Shown: in pieces, positions 41,101 through 53,100 of the stretch
How the letters are laid out: every line of letters begins with the position of its first letter
Numbering within the stretch: the stretch's first letter is position 1
Source: Chiloscyllium plagiosum
Lineage: Eukaryota
Direction of reading: 5' to 3'
Assembly (NCBI RefSeq): GCF_004010195.1
Contig: NC_057720.1
Span: 10,963,181-11,027,180, forward strand
DNA: 64,000 nt
Made by a program: the position numbers and the translations under genes
The notes under the pieces: model-generated
Database searches by the model: none
The model's input: only the letters and a program-made list of their open reading frames with translations
Told to the model about the DNA's origin: nothing

Positions 41101-44100
41101 AAAAACAAAAATATTAACAGTCGTTCTGTGATTCAATGAATTGCTACTCACAATAAGTCAAAGGACTCACTATTTTATAACAACAGTGGTATTATTTAAT
41201 GCATAATCCAGAGGCTCAGGCTAAATCCCTGGGGAGATGGGGTTTAAATCTCACCACAACAGCTGTGGAACTTGAATTCAATTAATAAAAACTGGAATTG
41301 AAAGCTAGCCTCAATAACGGGTGAACATGATACTATCATCAATTTTTGTTAAAACCCATCCAATTTGCTAATGTTCAGTGAAACCTGCTGTCCTTACCTG
41401 ATCTAGTCTACGTGTGGCTCCAGACCCACAATCACGTGTTTGACTTTTAAACTGCACTCGGCTCCGGAGCCCAGTGTGGTCTCTATGAGGTGGTGTTCAG
41501 ATGAGGCACACCCTGACATCAGTTAAAGGCTGATTACTAATGTTGACTGGAGTTTGTCTGTGCCTTTGAACAGCATTTCCTCTAATTATATTTCCCAGTG
41601 TACAAACCCCTGAGGTCAATGCACGGTGGTGGCCTCTGGAACTGTAAATCAATCCAAATGGGTGCAGGCAGGAGAGTAGAAGTAATGTTACCCATGTTCC
41701 TTTGCTTAAGAAATTGAAGCACAGTAAGGGAAAATATGATCCATATTGCCTACGAAACTTGCTTGCCAAGTAGAAGCACCCTTGTAAATCCTGAGCCTTA
41801 TCGATCTGTAGATATTCACAGCACAGAAAGAGGCCATTCAGCCCATTGTATCTTTGCCAGTTAACTATGATATGACTAAGATAAGACCTTAACCCTGTTT
41901 TGTGCTTTTGACTCATAGCCTTGGATGCAATGGCAATGCAGGTGTCTATCTAAATACTGCTTAAATCATCTGGTTGGGAGCCACATTAATCAAGGTCAGC
42001 AGAAAGCTCCAGGAAATAAGAGCATTTTTTGAGTATTTGACATTGAAATTTACCTAATACCTGCTTCTCCACAGGACGCTATTTGGAATGTTGATCAAGT
42101 TAGAGCTGAGTGTGTGGTGCTGGAAAAGCACAGCAGGTCAGGCAGCTGCCAACTGGTCTTCACAAGTTTATCTGGCCATTTTTCATCTCCCTTTTGCCTT
42201 CTTCCCCTTCCTTTTCCCTCCCACTGTTGAGTGACTATCAAAGTACAGGTGAAAAATCGAGTGGAATTGTACTTGCAAGAATTGGGTGTCACGCTGAGCT
42301 GCCAAAAATGCTGAGCGTAGGTTGGAGTGTAAGGAGAAGCTACTGTTTCAGAAAGCACTGATTGTGATTAAGGTGTTGAAATAAACAGGGAGTCTTGTGT
42401 TTGCACGTTGTGATCAGTTGAGAGCACCTGCCCACCAATGCTTCCTGGGCTGAGCCTTTCCAATCTGTGATGTGAAGGTGCCAGTGTTGGACTGGGGTGG
42501 ACAAAGTCAGAAGTCACACGACACCACGTTATAGTCCAACAGGTTTATTTGAAATCACACAAGAGTGTTGCTCCTCCATCAGGTGCACCTGACAAAGGGG
42601 CTGTGCTCCAAAAGCTTGTGTGATTTCAAATAAACCTGTTGAACTATGACCTTTTCCTACCTGTAATGTTTAACTTTACAGTCTTCTCCAGGACTCTTTT
42701 TCCATATTGCTATGTAATGTTCCACTTAGAAATATGCAACGTTCTGAAAGCGACATGCTAATAATTTTTTCGGGGCTTCAGATAGCCTCTTTGGGTTTTA
42801 AAGATTCAAAAGGGACCCCAGGGGCAACTTTTTCACACAGAGGGTGGTATGTGTATGGAGTGAGCTGCCAGAGGAAGTTGTAGAGACTGGTACAATAACA
42901 ACATTTAGAAGATATTTGGACAGGTACAAGGATAGGAAAGGTTTAGAGGGATATGGGTCAAAAACAGGCAAATGGGACTAGTTCGGTTGAGGAAAACTGG
43001 TCAGCATAGATGAGTTGGGCCGAAGGGCCTGTTTCTGTGCTCTATGACTCCAAGATCTGTCTCAACTCTTTTCACTGTACCTTGAACAGTTGTATAATAC
43101 TCAGCTTTCCAGTTCTGAACAGTTTTGCTGTAGATGTCCTTGGTTGGCCTTGCTTAGAAATGTTATTTGCTATCCATTTTATTTGCTGGTGATGTTGACA
43201 ATCTTTTATGTCGTTCACAAAAAATGGATTTTTTATAAGTGCTGTGATTACTGTTCCAGGCTGATGACCAGAACTTTCAATTGAAATCATCTTCGGAAAA
43301 GGTAGAATCTTTGAGTGATGAGAAGCAGAAATTGCAGTTGGCTTTAGAAGTTCTTTCTCGGTAACTATCTTTTTACCCGCTTCAGTCATTCTATTTGTTG
43401 TATTAACTCGTCACTAACCAGTTCTATTTTTTACTTAGTTTGCAGTGACAGTACTCTGGAGTGTGTTGATTTAAGCTGGAGATATGGGGTTAGATTTTCA
43501 ACATTAAGATGGTGGAAGTCAAGGCATTTCCTAACTTCCGTGCCCACTTTGGGAGTACATGCTTCTCAAGACTGGATTTTCATTGCTGGGTGTCGAGTGG
43601 GGGTCAGTTAAACCCAGAAAGAGGCAACCAAGAGGTTTCTGCATGTCGAAGTGGGATGTTTAAAAGGCCCATCGAGGTGCTGTGGGACTTAGTCCCAGTT
43701 TTGATAGAACCGTTCTCATAAAGCTTTTCTGCACACTTTCCAATGTGTTCACAATGTGGTGCGCAGACCACATACAATATTTCACCTGATGTCTAATTAG
43801 TTTCCTTTATTGGTTCTCCATGACCTCCCTGCTCTTGACTCTGTGCCCCTAGCAACGTGGCCTAGCGTACTGTATGCTTTATAAATAGCTCTCCTGTCAC
43901 CTTAAATGACTTATGCACATATTGACCCTAGTCTGTCAGCTCCTGCAAATCCTTCAGCATAGTACCCTTTATTATACCATCTCTCCATGTTCTGAGTAAC
44001 AAAGTGTATCGCCTCAAACTTCTCCATATTGACTTTCAATGCCACCTATCTGCACATTCCACCAACTTGTCTTTTGAAATACTACATAGTCCTCCTCCCA

Positions 44101-47100
44101 GTTTACAATTCTTCTACATTTTTTGTTGTTATGCAAGCTTTGAAATTGTCCCCTGTACACTGTGATTTAGATAATTTATGTATTACACTGGGTTCTTCAG
44201 CCGGTTCAGTACTCACATTGCTACTGTCTTTTTTTATTCCAACACCTATCACTCCTTACTCCGCGATGTCCATGCACACCACATCAATGGCCTTTCCCTC
44301 ATCAGGCCATTCAAAACCTTAGGGTTACACCCTAAAGTGACATTTTTTCCTTGACAAATCCATGCTGACTGTTCTGAACTAACCCACATTTGCCCGAGTG
44401 ACTACTAGTTCTATCCTAAGTGGTTGTCTCCAGAAGATTCCCCCAATCCTGAAATTAATCCGACTGGTCTGAAGAGATCCTGTTACAATTTGTTAAATAC
44501 TGATAAGGTCTCAGGTGGAGTATTGTGGAGAGTTTTGGGTACAAGACTTCACGAAAGACTTTAGAACGAGTACAGAAGAGATTTAGCAGAAAGTTAGCCA
44601 GAATCTTTCATTGTGAGGAGAGACTGGAAAGCTAGGAGTCAGTGAAGGTGACCGAATGATGTTTTTTCCCAAGAGGATGAATAGGGCTGGACAGACTAGA
44701 TACAGGGTTGGTTTCTGGACCCCCTAGCCAGGAGAAATTGGGGTGCATGATCTGGGGATATCCTGTAGGCCATTTTAGATTCAGCTGAGGAGAAATTTCT
44801 TCAGAAGATAGTGAACTTATGCAATTCTCAACCCCAAAAGGTGATAGAGGCATGGAATGTATTTAAGAATGAAATAAATGGATTTCTAGAACCTAATAGA
44901 ATTAGGGAGTATGGGGAATGAGCTGGAGCATGACAGTATTTCATGGAATGTGGGCGTCACTGGTTAGAATAGCACTTAAGCATATCTTCACAAATTCCAG
45001 ACAGCAGCTTAGTGTCAATCACATTGCTCTCTGCCTGTAGACTAAATGCATTATTGACAGCAGATTCTGTTCTACCAAAGACATTAGTGAACCAGATGGA
45101 CTTTTAATGTCAATCAACAATGGTTCCATGGTCATCATTGGCCTAGATTGTTTGTTAAAACTGTATTTTTATTGAATTTACATAATACCATCTGCCGTGG
45201 TGGGATTTGAGTTATGTCCCAGAGCATTAACCTGGGGCCCTAGATCATTAGACCAGTGATATTACCAGCACACCACCCCTCCTGATCTTTTTTTAAAAAG
45301 GATCATGTTGATAGGTAGAACTGGTACAATGGGCCAAATGGCCTACTCCTACTTTTTATGTTTCTATGAGAGATTGTAATAGATTAAATAGAGAAAGATA
45401 TTCTTTCCGGCAACTGGTTCAGTAACTGGAAATCAAGGGTGCAAAATCTGTGGAAAAACATCGAGTGAAAGATGAGAATGTCTTTCACTTGGCTGCTGGT
45501 ATTTGGAGCACTGTCCAAACGAGACAGAGGGTGCAGACTCAATGAACCTTGTTAAAAGGGAGATGGACTGATGAAAACTGGGAGGTGGGAAGAGGTAATT
45601 AGTATAACCATTCTTTCAGGGTGTTATGTACCAGGCCAGACCCTCCCCCCCCCCAAAACATTTCAAGAAGGTAGTCCAGACCCTAACTTTGCTAGTTGTT
45701 TTGAGCAAGTGTAAAGTGAATATTCCAAGAGGGATGCAGCAGGTCAAACCACTCCCTTTTCCACAAAACAGAATTTATTTACAGAGTACCAAATGAAAGA
45801 GAACAGAATGCAGAATAAAGTAAACTAGGCAAACACCCAACAGATTATCCTAATTTAATGATGTTGATTCAAATTCCTGCAACAATCCCCATAAACACCC
45901 CTTGGCAAAAAAGGATATAATTAAACACAGAGTCCTACATGAGAGAGAGAGAGAGGTTCAGCATGGAATACCTTCTTCCATGTAGCTGTATCTTTGATCT
46001 GCAGCCTCCAAAACTGTCTGCCTGCTAAAATCAGACGAATCCAGAGAAAAGCTGAGCTGGGAGAACTGGCCACTCCCCTTTCATTGTACAAGTTTTTTTT
46101 AATTTAAAAGCCTTTTCCCTGAGGCAGTATCTATTAGTTATAAGCAAATTGACCCTAAAACCCATCCAAACCTGACACCCTGGAACCACTGAGTTTATGA
46201 CCCCTCTGAAAAGAAAAATAAGGACATCACAACCTTGTTAAAGGAGCAGCATCTTTACAAGAGATCTAGGCTTACTGGCTTACACCTGTGCTGTAAAGTT
46301 ATTTGATTTTATTAACTTCCCTGCTGAGCAGTGGGGAAGATGTATCCGCACTCTCTGAATTTCCCCATGTGCTGTAAATCCACTGCACTGTGTAATCTGG
46401 CTTGCAAAGTGCATGGGGACACCATTAAATCTTGGACTCTGAATGGAAAACACTGAATTCCAGTGAAAATGTGAGGACTGACACCCTCCCCTACCATCTA
46501 AACATGTCTATTTTAAATATAATGATAGAGACCGCCCCTCATCTCAGTATCCAGGCATGCACACAGCTCTCTCTTGGGTATGACTGTGATAATTCCAGCC
46601 AAGTGGCATGAGACAATATATGGATGATTCTGAATAGCACCTGAAGTGCAGCTATTAATTTCAAGCTGCCAGGCAAATGAATCCTTGCAGTGCTCCTAAT
46701 ATTCTTTTCTTCACAGTTCACTCTGTCTCTCGTTCACCTGCTACTGGGAGGTTTGATTAAAATAGCTGTCGTCAGCACCTCTTTAATTTTCCATTTAAAT
46801 CAGCTAAAAAGAAGTGGATAAAGATAGGCTGGGCACTCCATTAGGTTCCATCACTTAGAAACTGATTAAATCACAGAATATTCATTGGCAAATACTGACC
46901 CATAATTCTGAAGCAGTTACCTTAATTATTACATTGTCAAATTACATAAAGACCGTTGGGATGGAATTTAAACACCTTTATTACATCTTCTTGCCTTTTT
47001 CTGATGCTTAAATAAAATATGCATTAATTCATTTGTATTTCTCCATCTAGATTTAACTGATGGTGATGAGATAACGCAAAATGCATTGCTTTCCTTTCAG

Positions 47101-50100
47101 GCCCTTAATTTTTTTTTCCCTCCTGTTCCTGCCCTTCACTTTTATCTCCTGAAAACATTGATTCCTTTGGGCTTGGATGTGTCATCAGGTCCTCAGGAGG
47201 TCACCTTCCTTTAACTAGGTGGCCTCTGTTACATGGAGGGAGCTGCCCTGCCATTGGCAAAATGTAAATTGGCCAATCCATTTCAAGGCCTTGCCCATGG
47301 GACAGTTCCCTAGCAGGGGTCTGGCATGAGGGAGTCTTGCTTTCCTGGACCTCTGCTTCCAAGCTCAGTAACATGAAGTTTGGAGGGGGCGCTAAGGAAT
47401 AGTTGTTTCCACAGATGCAATCCAGGATTTCTCCCCAACAATCCCAATAGCAATTCAGATGGAACCAGTTGCTCACTTGTACCCATCTAAACCAGACCCC
47501 AAATTACCAAAGGCATTGTTTGTATACTATCCCTGGAGGGTGAGATCAACTTGGGCACTGAACCTTCAGATGTTCTTGATTTTACAGTTCACCCATTCAT
47601 CCACCTATCCTACCTATAGTGAGAGAAATGTCCTGTCAAATCCCTCTAAAACTTTGAGGTTTTCATGGGGAAATGATGCTTCACGAAATCTTTTATAAAT
47701 TAAATTTGCCAACACTTTGCAATCAGATTGCATTTGGTAGAACTGCAGTCCTTCGCACTGGGTCATTTCTACTTGAGTGAGGTTTTGCAATTAATTGTTA
47801 TCAATTTTGTTCACAGCCCAATGTTTGTTGAGGACTAGATTAACACTTGGAACATTATGACAAAATTTGGGATCCTTACAGTTGCTGTGCGGTTCAACAC
47901 AATGAGTAACAAAGACAGAAATTGCTCGAGAAACTCAGCAGGTCTCTGGCAAGAAAGCAGGGTTAACATTTTGAGTTCAGTGACCTTTCCTCTGCACTAT
48001 CATCAACACAATGTGTACTGAACCCAAGAGTTGTGATCAATGGAATTCTCTGCCACAGATTGTGGTCAAGGCCAAAATATTGAAGGCTTTCAAGAACGTA
48101 TAGATATAGTTCTTAGGGCTAAAGGTGTCAAAGGGCATAGGGAGAAAGTGGGAATAGGTACTAAGTTTTATGATCAGCTACAATCATATTGAGTGGCAGA
48201 GCAGGCTCGAAGGGCCAAATGGTCTCCTCCTATTCTCTGTGTCTCTCTGGCTCACTCTGGTCTAAACATGTACCTGGTACAAAATGAGAAAAGGCAACCA
48301 GCTAACCCACTCAGAATGAAACAATCACAAAGAATGCTGGAGAAACTCAGCTGGTTTGAGAGAAAACAGAGTTAACATTTTGAGTCCAGTTTGACTCTTC
48401 ATATTGGCCTTGAAGCTTAACTCTGTTTCTTTTTTCACAGGTGCTGCCAAACCTGCTGAGTTTCTCCAGCACTCTTTTTTTTAAGGTTTCCAGCATCCGC
48501 ATTGTTTTGCTTTATAACATTTTTAAGTAAATCTTTCAGGAACGTGATCTACAGTAGACCACCATTCAATATGATCTTTGACTTCTTCTACACTTTCCAA
48601 CCTCCTCCCCATATCGAGTCCTTCCTGGCTCGATTGCAACGTGCTGGGGTGGCACGGTGGCTCAGTGGTTAGCACTGATGCCTCACAGCACAAGGGACCC
48701 AGGTTCAATTCCCACGTTGGGCAACTGTCTGTGTGGAGTTTGTACATTCTCCCTGTGTCTGCGTGGGTTTCCTCTGGTCTCCTCCCACAGTCCAAAGATG
48801 TGCAGGTCAGGTGGATTGGCCATGCTAAATTGCCCGGAGTGTTAGGTGCGTTAGTCAGAGGGAAATGGGTCTGGGTGGGTTAGTGTTCGGAGGGTCGGTG
48901 TGGACTTGTTGGGCCGAAGGGCCTGTTTCCACACTGTAGGGAATCTAATCTAACCTAAAATATCACATGTCTCCCCGAGAGAACTGAGTATTAGCTTATT
49001 ATGAACTTTCCAAGGGATCATGTTTGTGTCTTCTCCAGCTGCCTTTAAAAGGCTTTTCTGGGAGAAGAGACTGTCTTTTCTGCATGGTTTTACTTACCAA
49101 TTTTGATCATTGTTAATTGAAGGAGACTGAAGGAGGTTAATTTTCAAAATCAAGAGCTAACAGAGACAATGGCAAAACAAGAAGAAGCTCTTCTGCTTAG
49201 CAAATCTCAGCTGGAAGAAAGGACAAGGGAATCTGCAGCATTGAGTCGACAGTTGGAAACTGCTCTACATGATGTGACTGAAAAGGTATGAACTCCTTAC
49301 TGCCTTGCAAAATTATTATTCCACCAGTTTGTGGTTTTCCCATGCAGAACAAATATATACCAGTTACAGTAGACAAAATCTGGTGCTGTATGTTGTTATT
49401 TAATCTTTGCTAGCACCCTTGTCTTTTGAAGCCACAACCACAGCCATCCAGAAGGACCCAGACAGTAGATACCTGGAACATCACCATCTGCAACTCCTTC
49501 CCAGGCTACTCACCAGCCAAACAAAAGCAGCATTGCAACTCTACTTACACAGACTACAGCAGTTCAAGAAGGCAGCTCACTACCACTGAGTCATAGGTTT
49601 CTTTCTCTGACCATGTACTGCCTTAGTCTGTCTTCCTCCTTTTTAAAGTGCCATTGTTATGATCTTTTTCCCCCCAAACTTCCAAAACAATGTAACAGCA
49701 CATAAAACAATAATTGCTGCTCCTGGAATTCAAGGAAATCACCTCCAACACCTAAAATACCTCAAAAAAAACGAGCAGCTGAGGCAATTAGAGAAGGGCA
49801 ATAAAAGCTGGCCCCAGCCTGTAGCGATGTCCATATCCTCTGAACAAATAATGAAAACTTCTTTAATAAGAGCCAGGTTTCAGATTCAAATCCCACTCCA
49901 CTCAAGTGCAAAACTCGAACTGCTGGTTTAATCACATGATGAGGGAGGCTTGCACTGTCAGAAATACTGCGTTTCGACAGGGATGATTGTCAGCTGCTGA
50001 TCAGATGTTTGGAAAAATTCTGATGGCACGATTGCAAAGAGAGCAGGCAGTTTATGACTGGTGATGTGACCTATATCCCACATTCGGAATCAGCAGAATA

Positions 50101-53100
50101 GATTATCTGATCAGATTGTTGTTTGTGGGAGCTTGTGTGCAGAAATTGGCAGCTACAACAGTGACTACGTTTCAAAAAGCACTCCACTGAATGTGAAGTC
50201 TGCGATTTCTGCGCTAGTGGAAAGTACCCTTTTAATCCACATTATTTCTTTATTCTTTGAACAAGCCGAATCTTTTCAAGGACATGTTTAGGATTGAGGC
50301 TTCAAGTCTGTGTGAAGGAAGTGCTCGGAGAGACCTATCAGTGTGGAGGAACAGATTTGAGGGTTGTCAGCTCCTCATAACAAAGCAAAATTGTGTATTC
50401 AACATGCCTTCATATTCTGTACAAAAGCTATTGTGAAGGTGCTCTGTTTGATGGGAACAGTGGGATAAACGGAAGACTCCTATTTGGTTAGCAATAAAGC
50501 GCAGTAAAATACTGAGTAGATTTTACCTCCTGTTTTACAGTGATGACTGGAATTGAATATTTTCAAGAAAATCACATTTTAGTCATACAGGACTCTTTAG
50601 AAAAAAAAGTAATTGTCTTTTTCCATTATTTTCTTATTGCATTCAGACAATGGCATTATGATTCAGATGGGTGAACTACAAGTCATTTTCTGTTGTAATT
50701 CTGTCTATTAATCTGTGCTTCTCCCATTCTGGCCCCTGGGTGTAACCTGGATTTTCACAGAATCATGGAATCCCTCCAGATAGAGGCTATTCAGCCCTTC
50801 GGGTTTACACTGACTATCCGAAGAGCATCCCATCCAAACCCCATCCCAATCCCCCCGCCCTCCCATCCCTGCAACCCCACATTTGCCATGGCTAATCCAC
50901 CTAGCCTGCACATCCCTGAACATTACGTCACAACTTAGCACGGCCAATCCACCTAACCTGCATATAGAGTCATAGAGATGTACAGCATGGAAACAGACCC
51001 TTCGGTCCAACCCGTCATCTTTGGACTGTGGGAGGAAACCAGAGCACCCAGAGGAAACCCACACAGACACAGGGAGAATGTGCAGACTCCACACAGACAG
51101 TCCACCTGAGGCTGGAATCAGCCCCAGAACCCTGGCGCTGTGAGGTAGCAGTGGTAACCATTGAACCACCCGTTTCATCTCAGCATGATTGGTGGCTGAG
51201 CCTTCAGATGCCCAAGGCTCTAGTCTTTGGCATTCCCTTCTTTAAATCTTACAAGCTACCTCTCTCTCTCCCTCTCTCCTCCTCCTTCGATGTGCATCTT
51301 TAAAACTTAACCTTTATTTCTAAATCAAGTTTTTAATCATCTCTTCCCTCGACTCCTTGTAAGGCTCAATCTCCAGTTTTGTGTTACGTTCAGTGGCACA
51401 TTGACCAGCTCAGCTCACAACAGTGTTGTTGTTGAAGGCAAAACAAAGAACTGCAGTTGCTGGAGCTCCGAAACAAAAGCAGAAATTGCTGGAGAAACTC
51501 AGCAGGTCTGGCAGCATCTGTGGAGGTAAAACACAGTTAACATTTCAAGTCATAGAATCCCTACAGTGTGGAAACAGGCCATTCGGCCCAACCACACCAA
51601 ATCGACCCTCTGAAGAGTATCCCACCCAGTCCCATTGCCCTACCCTATTTACTTTACATTTCCCCTAACTAATGCACTTAACCCACACAGCCCCAAACAC
51701 TATGGGCAATGTAGCATGGCCAATTCACCTGACCTGCACGTCTTTGTATTGTGGGAGGAAACCGGAGCACCTGGAGTAAACCCACGCAGACACGGGGAGA
51801 ATGTGCAAACTCCACACAGACAGTTGTCCGAGGCTGGGATCAAACCCGAATCCCTGGTGCTGTGAGGCAGCACTGAGCCAGTGACTCTTCATCAGAAAAG
51901 TTCTGCTGAGTTACTCCAGCAATTTCTGCTTTTGGTGAAGGTGTTAGCCAGAGTGTAAGTGTAAATGTGGGCAGGAGAGATATCGATTGTTGTCCTTAGC
52001 GATAGTGTCACATGACCAGTTGAGTGGACAGACAGCCATGGTTTACTGTCAAAAAGCTGAGGCATTTCATTGGGGTCGGTCTAAACATTTTGTAGAGATC
52101 TCTGTCGTGGGATTTGATACACGTTTGCAAACAACATCATCCTTGGGAGTTGAAGAGCTGAAGTCCCGAGGGGTCACTTAAATTCTATGAAAATACATAT
52201 GTAGTAAAAACCAATGGAGGTTTGGATTTATAAGTAGGTACAGCACAAGAATAAGGAAGTTAATGATTAACTTCTCCATAAAAAATGAAACTCACCATCC
52301 TGACTTGGAAATATATCTCTGTTCCTTCAGTATCAAAAGGTCAAAATCCTGGAATTTCCAACTACAGCACATGGACTGTAGTGAGTCAAGAAGGCAGCTC
52401 ACCACCACCTTCTGGACCAGTGGTGCTGGAAGAGCACAGCAATTCAGGCAGCATCCGAAGACAGGCAAAATCATTGCTGTGCTCTTCCAGCACCACTGAT
52501 CCAGAATCTGGTTTCCAGCATCTGCAGTCATTGTTTTTACCTCACCACCACCTTGTCAAGGGCAAACAGGAAATACTGGCTGGCAACGCTAGCAACACTC
52601 ACAATAAAATAAAACAATTTAACATGTGATTAAGTTACTGACAGAATACTGTTTGCAGTTTAGGTGCCCCATTTGTACCAAGGACTCTGAAGCAATAAAG
52701 AGCATATATTGTAAATTGTCTAATGAAGAAATTAACGGTGTGGAAATATTTTCAGTGAAAGCTGAGAAGATGTTTTCACAAGACGTTTACTAAACTACAG
52801 AGAGTTTTCATCAAATAAGTAGAAAACGTTGGTTTTCTCCAAGGATTTGTGATGAGAGTTCATCGATTTAAAGTTACTAACAGAATTGTGGCCTAATTTT
52901 ATTCAGGTAAGGTATATTTCTGACAGGTGAGTTGTGATTGACATTCATGAGCTGTACAATGAGGCGATGTTTCATTGAAGGTGGATAATTAACCAGGCAA
53001 ATAATTCATATTTGGATAATAGTGACACTTGTACCCTGTGGTAATTTCTTTATTCGCAAGATTGTTATTCCAAAGACTTGTATATCTTGATAGATGTGTT

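Noticed and set aside
43072..43389. 105-aa minus-strand ORF
   Set aside because: Antisense shadow of the real exon 43260-43360.
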